NCBI GenBank assembly: GCA_964611585.1
Contig: CAZTAK010000001.1
Span: 11,132 to 75,131, forward strand
Direction: 5' to 3'
Source of the DNA: an uncultured Alphaproteobacteria bacterium
Lineage (GTDB): Bacteria; Pseudomonadota; Alphaproteobacteria; SHVP01
Length of the DNA stretch: 64,000 nt
Shown: positions 1-7,799 of the stretch, one piece after another
Layout: each line of letters opens with the position of its first letter
Numbering within the stretch: the stretch's first letter is position 1
The notes under the pieces: model-generated
Databases searched by the model: none
Told to the model about the DNA's origin: nothing
Seen by the model: only the letters and a program-made list of their open reading frames with translations
Position numbers and translations under genes: made by a program

Positions 1-170
1 ATCTACCGGTGCCGGTGATCAACCCGGGTCCGCTGAGCTACAAGATGGCCGAGGCGGTACTGGACCTCGGGTTGACCCATGCGCGCGCCGCCTTCCCGAA
101 TCCAACGGTCTGGAACAAGGATATGACCCACGCGATGATGGACGGCGCCGCTAAAATGGTCGCCAGCTAG
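1..170 (+). CDS. Asp/Glu/hydantoin racemase family protein, C-terminal fragment (5' end lies outside the window)
   Basis: The frame starting at nt 3 reads LPVPVINPGPLSYKMAEAVLDLGLTHARAAFPNPTVWNKDMTHAMMDGAAKMVAS and ends at TAG 168-170. It resembles the C-terminus of Asp/Glu/hydantoin racemases and of the paralog at 32768-33586. Confidence 0.45.
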   Translation, partial: LPVPVINPGPLSYKMAEAVLDLGLTHARAAFPNPTVWNKDMTHAMMDGAAKMVAS

Positions 171-276
171 CGGCCAGGTCTGCGCAACGAAACGCAACGC
201 GGGACCTGAATACTTACGGCAAGGTTCCGCGCTGGCCGGTCTCGGTTGGAGGCGTATACCGGCGAAAGGATCGACA

Positions 277-1260
277 ATGGGCGTGCTGGTGAATGGCATC
301 TGGACCGAAGACGAATCGGCCCTTACCCGTGCGGCCGAAGATGGCCGCTACCGCCGCGCCGGATCGGCGTTCCGAAACTGGGTAACGCCAGACGGCGACG
401 CCGGGCCAAGCGGCGTGGGCGGATTTGCGGCCGCCTCCGGGCGCTACCACCTTTACGTCGCGATCAACTGCCCGTGGGCGCACCGCACCATGATCTTGCG
501 CCGCCTCAAGGGGCTGGAAGAAGTGATCTCGATGTCGGTGGCGCTGCCGAAGCGCGACCCCCGCGGCTGGGTGTTCGGCACCGGCGATCCGGCGTTTGCG
601 GATCATCTGTTCGGCAAGGAAGCGCTCTACGAAATCTATGCCCTCGGGCAGTCCGATTATTCCGGCCGGGTCACGGTGCCGGTCCTGTGGGACAAAGAGC
701 GCGGCGTCATCGTCAACAACGAGTCTTCTGAAATCATCCGAATGCTGAGTACCGCGTTTGTGGAGTTCACCGACGACGCCACCGATTACTACCCCGAAGA
801 TTCGCGCGATACGATCGACGCCTGGAACGAACGAATCTACGAGACCGTCAATAACGGGGTCTATCGCACCGGCTTTGCCCGCAGCCAGTAGGCCTACGAG
901 GAGGCGTTCGAAACGTTGTTAGACACCCTCGATGCGCTCGACGCCCACCTCGCCTCGAACCGCTACATTGCGGGGTCCCGTCTGACCGAGGCCGACTGGC
1001 GCCTGTTCCCGACCCTGGTGCGGTTCGATGCCGCCTATTACGGCGCCTTCAAGTGCAATAAGCGGCGGATCGTCGATTACCCGAATCTGTGGGGCTATAC
1101 CCGCGAGCTCTATCAGACGCCGGGCGTGGCGGAGACCGTCGATACCGAGGTCTACAAGCAGGGCTATTACTCGATCAGCGCGGATCGGAATCCGCTCGGC
1201 ATCGTGCCCAAGGGGTCCGAGATCGACTTCACCGCCCCGCACGGGCGCGAGGGCATCTAG
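277..1260 (+). CDS. yqjG: glutathionyl-hydroquinone reductase (GST Xi class, YqjG-like); reading frame interrupted by an in-frame TAG at 889-891
   Basis: ORFs 277-891 and 916-1260 share one frame. The joined 327-aa product aligns end to end with YqjG (CPWAHRT active-site region, GRVTVPVLWDK, NESSEIIRM, VNNGVYRTGFA..SQ*AYEEA, TEADWRLFPTLVRFD). An RBS (GAAAGGA) is present. Confidence 0.8.
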
Positions 1261-1262
1261 CG

Positions 1263-1536
1263 CGGTCCGGTTTTGATCGGAACCGCTCTCATTTTTTTGT
1301 CGCTCACGGCAACGGACCTAAGGGTCAACGCCTGCGCGCGCGCCGGTCAAGCGGCGGCCCGCCTGGAGCAATATCCGCAGGGATTGAACCGGCGCGGCTC
1401 AAGCCCTTCGGGAAAATTGCTCTACTTTTCAAAAAGTTAGAGCAGCCTTATCCGTACAGGTATCGCCGAAAGCGATTCCACCTGAACGGATGCTGCTCTT
1501 GCGGCCAGAAGCGATTCCAGACGAACTGGAATCGCT
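1263..1536. repeat. intergenic REP/MITE-like repeat element, copy A (includes a ~145-bp internal insertion)
   Basis: About 100 bp plus the terminal 23 bp are near-identical to 12314-12457 (..cggaacc.ctctc.ttttttgtcgctcacggca.cggacc..cgcctgcgcg.gcgc..aagcggcgg.ccgcct..gattccagacgaac.ggaatcgc). It contains a hairpin plus T-run and lies between convergent genes. The extra 1366-1510 segment carries nested inverted repeats and a GGGATTGAACC (tRNA T-arm-like) motif. Confidence 0.6.
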
Positions 1537-2442
1537 TTAGTGCTGCGATTCGATCAGTTCGACCAGCCAGCCTTCCGGGGCGCGGATGGTCAACGCCGCA
1601 CGCCCGTCATAGGGCGCCGCGGCCGGACGCACCGGCGCAGACAAGGCCATTCGCTCGAACGGTTCGACCGACGGCACCGCGAGGCTCGCCAGCGCAAAGC
1701 CGGGCGGCAGCGCCCCCGGAGAGACCGGGCGATCCGCGGCGCGATGCGGATACTCGTCCACCTGAATCAGACTTTGACCGGTCAGTTGAAGTGTCGTCAT
1801 CGACAACGGATTGGCGCGCACATGGCCGTACCTGTCGCCTTCGTGGTAGACGCCGCGCTCATGCGCCGGCCGCGGGGAAATCGCGAATTTCACCGAGAGC
1901 CATTCGAGGGTTTCCTCGAACGAACGGGTCGCCAGCACCGCAATGAAGACCCGGTCCACCAGAGAGGCCGCGGCGGGCAAATCAAACCCCTGCACCGATT
2001 CGGGCAACGTCGTCAGGTAAAGGACTTCGCCGGCGGGCCCGATGGCTTGGGTGGCGCGGATCTCGGGAAAATTCTTGAGGCTTTGCGGCGGACCGATGAT
2101 CTCGAACGGCGAATCGATCAGCCGCGCGGCAACGGCATCGGTATCGCGAACCAGAATCTCGATGGCGGACCAGCCCGGGGTCGCCAGCGGCCGGTAAGCG
2201 GGATCGGCGGGTTGCTCGACCAGCCGGATGCCGCCGGGAGCGCCGCTTGCGGGCTGCATCCACACCGTGGCCGCGCCCGCCGCTTGCGGCGCGCCCCACG
2301 ATTCCGCCAGCTCGACCGGCACCTGTCCGGCGGACGTTTCGACGTAACCGAAGATGCGGGTATAGAGCGCTGCCGCTGCCGCCGCGTCCGGCACAGCGAC
2401 CGTCGCGGCAACGATCGGCCCCGCCCCGGCAACCGAATTCAA
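1537..2442 (-). CDS. VOC (glyoxalase/bleomycin-resistance/dioxygenase) superfamily protein, two-domain
   Basis: 301-aa ORF with GC-biased third positions typical of genes here. It shows two glyoxalase-like halves and no overlap conflict apart from antisense artefacts. Confidence 0.5.
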   Translation of the reverse strand: MNSVAGAGPIVAATVAVPDAAAAAALYTRIFGYVETSAGQVPVELAESWGAPQAAGAATVWMQPASGAPGGIRLVEQPADPAYRPLATPGWSAIEILVRDTDAVAARLIDSPFEIIGPPQSLKNFPEIRATQAIGPAGEVLYLTTLPESVQGFDLPAAASLVDRVFIAVLATRSFEETLEWLSVKFAISPRPAHERGVYHEGDRYGHVRANPLSMTTLQLTGQSLIQVDEYPHRAADRPVSPGALPPGFALASLAVPSVEPFERMALSAPVRPAAAPYDGRAALTIRAPEGWLVELIESQH

Positions 2443-2605
2443 GGGCCGCCCCTTTCAAACGCCGTCATTTCCACTCGTACCCATTGGCGTGGTCCGGCGT
2501 CGATCATTTACCATCGCGCCATCAATTTCAATTCACCGTGAAGATTCGTTGGCTTTGGCCGGAATTTTGCTATCTATCGCCAGGATGTTTAAGGGAAAGG
2601 TATCG

Positions 2606-3013
2606 ATGAAAGTTCTTGGTCTAGCAATCTCGTTCGGCATGGTTCTGTCGATTCTGAATTTCACCGGAGCAACGGCACAAGACGACGCGGAGCCATCGTT
2701 TGGCCAGCCCGGAGACATCGCGTTTGCCACCGAGTTGTGGCGCGAGCTCGAGGCAGCACGCCTGGTCGGGCCGCGGTCGATCATCGCGCAGCCCTACGAA
2801 GGCAGCGATCCGCACGGCGTCATTCTGATCACGCTCGATTCGACGGTCACGATGGAGGGTCGCGAAGACACCGTGATCGTGAAGAAGAACTACGCCGGGG
2901 AGGATATCTCGATTGAATCGGTCGCCACCAAACCGGATCAGTTTCTCGACGCGATCACGGTCATGTTCCGGCGTGAGCAGTCTGGGCGAAATTCTCCGCC
3001 GACGGAACGTTGA
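2606..3013 (+). CDS. secreted hypothetical protein with signal peptide; may continue through TGA 3011-3013 into an in-frame 43-codon segment with a CXXCH motif
   Basis: An RBS (AGGGAAAGG) sits 7 nt before ATG 2606. The product begins MKVLGLAISFGMVLSILNFTGATAQDD (signal peptide). ATG 3014 follows the TGA in the same frame and reads MINPRGLQLAGRVAKNPEDGCIACHRL... Confidence 0.5.
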   Translation: MKVLGLAISFGMVLSILNFTGATAQDDAEPSFGQPGDIAFATELWRELEAARLVGPRSIIAQPYEGSDPHGVILITLDSTVTMEGREDTVIVKKNYAGEDISIESVATKPDQFLDAITVMFRREQSGRNSPPTER

Positions 3014-3174
3014 TGATCAACCCGCGCGGCTTGCAGCTGGCCGGGCGCGTCGCCAAGAATCCTGAAGACGGCTGCATCGCCTGCCACCGCCTCGCCCCGG
3101 GCGAGGATCTCGTCTTTTTGCACGACCGGTTCGCGGTCGAGTAGGGTTTCGACAGACGCAGTGGGGGACAGAGA

Positions 3175-3783
3175 ATGTGGGACCAAACGAAGCCGGTCCG
3201 GCTCGCACTCATTGCCGCATTTCTGACTGCGGCGCTGGTGCCCGGTGCCTGGGCGGCGGATATGATCGACGGGCTGGCCCCGATCTCGCCCCAACCCCAG
3301 GCCGGCCAACTTCAACCCGGTCTCGCCGTCACCTATTATTTTCATATCTTCAATCATGTGAACGAAGTGATCGAGTTCGCCAAGTCGAACCCGGGGCAAA
3401 AAGGCGCGCCGATTCTGGCACTCGATTACAAAGTTGGTTCCGGGCCGATCCTGACCAGCGGGCGCACCAACGGGATCGGAGCGGCGATCAGCGGCCTGAT
3501 CCGCTTTCCCGCGACCGGCCTCTACCGCATGGTGGTGCAGTCGAACGACGGCGTCCGAATCACCATCGACAGCCAGATTGTCCTCTCTGACCCCGACGTC
3601 CACGCCGACCGCTTCTCGAAGATCATTCCGGTCCGCATTGACACGCCCGGCTGGTACCCGATCTCCGTCGATTACTTCGAAAGAAGGAACACCGCAACGC
3701 TCAGGCTCTATTGGCTGCCGCCCATGACCCGCGGTGGCCTGCGCTATGTGCCGGCCGATAATCTGGCCCATCTACCGGAATGA
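3175..3783 (+). CDS. secreted PA14-domain protein
   Basis: An N-terminal signal peptide (LALIAAFLTAALVPGAWA) is followed by a PA14-like pattern (YYFHIFNHV..GLYRMVVQSNDGVRITIDSQIV..GWYPISVDYFER). Confidence 0.55.
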   Translation: MWDQTKPVRLALIAAFLTAALVPGAWAADMIDGLAPISPQPQAGQLQPGLAVTYYFHIFNHVNEVIEFAKSNPGQKGAPILALDYKVGSGPILTSGRTNGIGAAISGLIRFPATGLYRMVVQSNDGVRITIDSQIVLSDPDVHADRFSKIIPVRIDTPGWYPISVDYFERRNTATLRLYWLPPMTRGGLRYVPADNLAHLPE

Positions 3784-3935
3784 CGCCCCTGATTTAGTCC
3801 GCCTGGACGGCGATTCATCAATTCTTAGGCACCCCAGCCGCAAGATTCGCCGCACCCCGCGATTTTTTGTATGGACTGTGGTGGCGACTGTTTCCGGCCC
3901 CGGCCGGACAGGAGTGTCCGCTTTGGGAGGAGCGA

Positions 3936-4370
3936 ATGCCGAACCCCTTCGATTACATGCAATTTATCAGCACCGATCAAGGCCGCGCCAAAGAATTCTA
4001 TTCGTCGTTGTTCGACTGGAGGACCGAAGACACTCCGATCGGAAATGACATGGTGCAGACCGTTATCCGCCAGCCCGACGGACCGTGGGGCGGGATCATG
4101 CCGTCAACCAATCCCAACGCGCCGTCGATGTGGCACGTCTATGTGCAGGTCGTGAACATGGACGAGACGCTGTTGAAAATAGTGCAACTGGGGGGCCAGA
4201 TTATCGTTCCCAAGACGCCGGTGGCAGGATCCGGATATATCGCCTTCATCCAGGACCCGACCGGTGCAATGCTTGGCGTGACCCAGCGCGACGAGATCGC
4301 AATCCATACCGCCAACCAACTGCTCGGCGCGTCGGACGCCGCCGCGCGCCCGCCACCCGGCAGCGACTAA
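3936..4370 (+). CDS. VOC/glyoxalase family protein
   Basis: An RBS (GGGAGGAGCGA) precedes ATG 3936. The product MPNPFDYMQFISTDQGRAKEFYSSLFDWRTED..WHVYVQVVNMDETL..GAMLGVTQ is typical of a small glyoxalase-fold protein. Confidence 0.6.
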   Translation: MPNPFDYMQFISTDQGRAKEFYSSLFDWRTEDTPIGNDMVQTVIRQPDGPWGGIMPSTNPNAPSMWHVYVQVVNMDETLLKIVQLGGQIIVPKTPVAGSGYIAFIQDPTGAMLGVTQRDEIAIHTANQLLGASDAAARPPPGSD

Positions 4371-4401
4371 CCGGAACGCGCTCGCAGCGTAAGGCGGCCC
4401 C

Positions 4402-5079
4402 TCAAAACGCCGGTTTGAAAAGACCGATTGCGGTATTCGCCACCACGATCGCCCAGAACGCCCAAATAACGGGTTTTGACCTGTCGATCGTGCCCTTGAT
4501 AATGGCCTCGACTTCGGGACTCGATCCCTCGCTCAAAAGGCGCGCGAATGCCGGACCGAACGGTGTCAGCATTTTGTTGACGGCGATCAGACCGGCGAAC
4601 GTGAATCCGTAAAGAAGCACTTTGAGCGCAAGCCAGGGTTCGGAAAATGGCTTGCCCGCCACGAACGAGCCGACCGCCGCCGCCAACACGACGACCAGCA
4701 GTACCCAGTTTATCGCCGAATCGAGACCATGCAGTTTCTTTCCCCAGTCGGGCGCCGTGGGACGGTGGATATTCCAGACCAGAAACAGCCACGCCGCCGC
4801 AACCACCCACACCAGGATCAGCCAACCCCCCTCGACCGGCGACAACCCGGTGCGCGCGGCCAGCGTCATGCCGGTCGGCAGCACCAGCACCATCGACAGG
4901 CGCGGAAATATATCAACTCCCTGCATGACGCGCGCCAGGACGGCGCGGGTCTCGGGCGAATACTCGGTGCGCACGAATAACTTCGCCGAATAGTAGGCGC
5001 CCATGTCGCCGCCGAGCCAGAACGCCATCACCAGAACGTGGATAAAGATCCAGAACGTGGTCCAGTCCCAAAAATCCAT
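4402..5079 (-). CDS. integral membrane protein of unknown function (about 5 predicted TM helices)
   Basis: 225-aa ORF with multiple long hydrophobic segments (FWIFIHVLVMAFWLGG, WLILVWVVAAAWLFLVW, VLLVVVLAAAVGSFVAG). Confidence 0.5.
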   Translation of the reverse strand: MDFWDWTTFWIFIHVLVMAFWLGGDMGAYYSAKLFVRTEYSPETRAVLARVMQGVDIFPRLSMVLVLPTGMTLAARTGLSPVEGGWLILVWVVAAAWLFLVWNIHRPTAPDWGKKLHGLDSAINWVLLVVVLAAAVGSFVAGKPFSEPWLALKVLLYGFTFAGLIAVNKMLTPFGPAFARLLSEGSSPEVEAIIKGTIDRSKPVIWAFWAIVVANTAIGLFKPAF

Positions 5080-5266
5080 GCCGCCCCTCCCGCACCGCTT
5101 TAGCCCCCGCCACAGAACCTAGCGCAGGACCCTCGGGCGGCGCAAACTTGGCGGAGGCCGATGCGTCCCTGACTTTCGCGCCACGGCGCCGCCGCGATTG
5201 CCATTGACGCCCATGCGTGCACCCGCGCACAGTGCGCAACGTGCAAGTCAACGTCGAAAAACCGGA

Positions 5267-6094
5267 ATGGACGCGCCAGACATGCCCACCTTGAAAGGAA
5301 AGTGCGCATTGATCACCGGCGGAGGACGCGGCATCGGCCGCGCCATCGCCGAACGCCTCGCTGCCGACGGCGCCGCCGTCGTGATCGTCGATTTCAACGG
5401 AACCACGGCCAGCGAGACCGCCCGGGCCCTCAGCGAATCGGGCGCGCGAGCCGCGTCGTTATGCGCCGATGTCGCTAATCCTGAAGCCGCCGCCGAGGCG
5501 ACGGCCCTTGCGGTAGGCACCTTTGATGGGCTCGACATTCTGGTCAACAACGCCGGCATCGCGCCCAACCGCCGCGTCCTCGACACCACTCTCGAGGAAT
5601 GGGAACGCGTCCTGCGCGTCAACCTGACCGGAACGTTTCTGTTTTCCAAAGCGGCCGCGCCGGCAATGGCTGATCGCGGCGGCGGAAAGATTGTCAATAT
5701 TGCGTCCGTTTCGGGGCAGCGCGGCGGCGTCGGGCGCGGCGCCTATGGAACCTCCAAGGCCGGCATCCTGATGCTGACGCGGATCATGGCGGTCGAATTC
5801 GCGTCCCTGAACATTGCCGTCAACGCCATCGCGCCCGGGCCGATCCGGACCGGCATCACCGATCACAGTGAAGGCACGGTAGCAGGCTACCTCGACCGGA
5901 TACCGATGCGGCGCTACGGCACCACGGACGCGGTGGCCGCCGCTGCCGCCTATCTCGTGTCCGAGGATTGCAGCTATACCACCGGGACGACGCTCAACGT
6001 GGACGGCGGGTTCGACGCCGCCGGGCTGATTTTTTCGCAAGACGAGCTGCGTGCGGCGGACCCGGCGCCGCGCGGCGCGGAAGGGATTCGATGA
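5267..6094 (+). CDS. SDR-family oxidoreductase (FabG-like)
   Basis: It has the TGGGRGIG Rossmann motif, NNAG, and the S...Y..AYGTSK catalytic tetrad. Its stop TGA overlaps the ATG of the next gene (ATGA). Confidence 0.85.
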   Translation: MDAPDMPTLKGKCALITGGGRGIGRAIAERLAADGAAVVIVDFNGTTASETARALSESGARAASLCADVANPEAAAEATALAVGTFDGLDILVNNAGIAPNRRVLDTTLEEWERVLRVNLTGTFLFSKAAAPAMADRGGGKIVNIASVSGQRGGVGRGAYGTSKAGILMLTRIMAVEFASLNIAVNAIAPGPIRTGITDHSEGTVAGYLDRIPMRRYGTTDAVAAAAAYLVSEDCSYTTGTTLNVDGGFDAAGLIFSQDELRAADPAPRGAEGIR

Positions 6095-7782
6095 CCAGCA
6101 AGATCACCGACGAAAATGCATTCTGGCGGACGCCACCGGGGGTTCAACGCGGCTACACGCAGGCGCGCTTCGGGCAGATTCATTACCGTTTCGCCCGCCC
6201 CGCCGAGGCGACCCAAACGCCGCTGATGTGCTTTCACCTGAGCCCGAGTTCGGGCCGGATCTACGCCCGCTTCCTGGCGGAAATGGGCAAGAACCGCCTG
6301 GCGATTGCCCCGGACACGCCGGGCTTCGGCGATTCGGACGTTCCGGCGGAGCCGCCCGAGATTGCCGACTACGCCGCCGCGATGGGCGAGGTTCTGGACG
6401 CGCTGGAAATCGAGACGGTCGATCTGATGGGCTATCACACCGGGTCGAAAATCGCGCTCGAACTCGCCCAACAACGCCCGGCACAGGTTCGCCGCGTGGT
6501 ACTGGTTTCGGCGCCGATCTATTCCGACGAGGAACTCGAAAGCCAGAAATCCCACTACGCCGGGCGCGAGGCCGACGACGCGGGCGATTTTCTCAAAGCG
6601 GCATGGGACGGACAGAAGCGCTGGCGCGCCAAGGACGCCCCCGACATTTTCGTTCACCGCGAGGTGGTGGAGGCGCTGCGGGGCGTCGACCATTCGTGGT
6701 GGGGCCATCGTGCCGCATTCCGCTATCCTCACGCCGACGCCCTGCCCAAGGTGCGCCAGCCGGTAACAATCCTGTGCCCGAAGGACGATCTGTACGAGCA
6801 AACTCTGCGCGCGGCGGATTACATCGACAACGGGCGGCTTCTGGAACTGCCGGACTGGGGCGGCCACGGCATGCTCGACATGCACACGGGCGAGGTCGCG
6901 CAAATCGTGCGGACGGTGCTGGACGGCCCCGAAGAGGCGCACCAACCGGCCGCCGCAAAGCTCGCCCCCGATCCCAGGCCGGGTGCCGACACCGGCTTTC
7001 GCAAGCGGTTCATCGACGGGCCCTACGGGCAGATTCATTTGCGCTATTCCGGGCCCGGAGCGCCCGCAGCGGCACCGCTTTTCTGTTTCCATTCGAGCCC
7101 CAATTCGGGCCTCAAATACAGCGCGATCCTCCGCATGCTGGGGCAGGAACGCACTGTCGTCGCCGTCGATACGCCCGGCTTCGGCGAATCCGAGGCCCCG
7201 GCCAAACCGCCCGAGATCGAGGACTATGCCACCACCATGGCCTACGTCATCGAAACCCTGGGCGCCGGGCCGGTCGACATCATGGGCTATCACACCGGAT
7301 CGGAAACCTGCATCGAGCTCGCGCGCCAGCGCCCCGACCTGGTGCGCAAGATCGTCATGAACTCGGCGCCGATCTTCAGCGATGAAGAACTCCAAGGGTT
7401 CCGCGATCTCTACGCGCCCGATCCGATTGCCGCGGACGGGTCGCACCTTGTCAGGTTCTGGCAACGGATGATCCCGTTCTACGGACCGACGGTGCCGCAC
7501 CCGATTCGGCAACGGAATTTCGCCGAAGGTCTGCGCGGCGGACCGATGTCGCACTGGGGCCACCGGGCCGCATTCAATTATCCGCTGGCGAAGAAGATGG
7601 CGGAGGTCGAAAACGAAATCCTCGTTATCAATCTCGACGACGACTTGAGAGAGCAGACCAAGCAAGCCGAAGGCATATTGCGCAACGGCCGCATTCACAC
7701 CATCGAAAAATACGGTCACGGCTGGTTCGACATCATTCCCGACGAAGCCGCGCGCATCCTGCGCGAATTCCTCGACGCTTGA
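6091..7782 (+). CDS. tandem-duplicated alpha/beta-hydrolase-fold protein (two ~280-aa repeats) with a non-canonical nucleophile elbow
   Basis: There is a clear internal duplication (LMCFHLSPSSG..DTPGFGDSD..DLMGYHTGSKIALELA // LFCFHSSPNSG..DTPGFGESE..DIMGYHTGSETCIELA). The HGXP-like and GxNuxG elbow positions read G-Y-H-T-G, with His where the Ser/Asp nucleophile normally sits. The gene is translationally coupled to the SDR gene. Confidence 0.8.
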   Translation: MTSKITDENAFWRTPPGVQRGYTQARFGQIHYRFARPAEATQTPLMCFHLSPSSGRIYARFLAEMGKNRLAIAPDTPGFGDSDVPAEPPEIADYAAAMGEVLDALEIETVDLMGYHTGSKIALELAQQRPAQVRRVVLVSAPIYSDEELESQKSHYAGREADDAGDFLKAAWDGQKRWRAKDAPDIFVHREVVEALRGVDHSWWGHRAAFRYPHADALPKVRQPVTILCPKDDLYEQTLRAADYIDNGRLLELPDWGGHGMLDMHTGEVAQIVRTVLDGPEEAHQPAAAKLAPDPRPGADTGFRKRFIDGPYGQIHLRYSGPGAPAAAPLFCFHSSPNSGLKYSAILRMLGQERTVVAVDTPGFGESEAPAKPPEIEDYATTMAYVIETLGAGPVDIMGYHTGSETCIELARQRPDLVRKIVMNSAPIFSDEELQGFRDLYAPDPIAADGSHLVRFWQRMIPFYGPTVPHPIRQRNFAEGLRGGPMSHWGHRAAFNYPLAKKMAEVENEILVINLDDDLREQTKQAEGILRNGRIHTIEKYGHGWFDIIPDEAARILREFLDA

Positions 7783-7799
7783 CGGGACAAAGCCGCCCC

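Noticed and set aside
1366-1430. A tRNA gene (minus strand) suggested by the GGTTCAATCC and ..GCTCCA motifs
   Set aside because: I could not fold a complete cloverleaf. T-stem pairing is imperfect and no D-arm or anticodon arm is evident. It is treated as a tRNA-derived fragment inside a repeat.
1089-1946. A 285-aa ORF running through the repeat element and into the VOC gene antisense strand
   Set aside because: It crosses a non-coding repeat with hairpins and the convergent gene end. Its plausibility comes only from absence of stops in GC-rich sequence.
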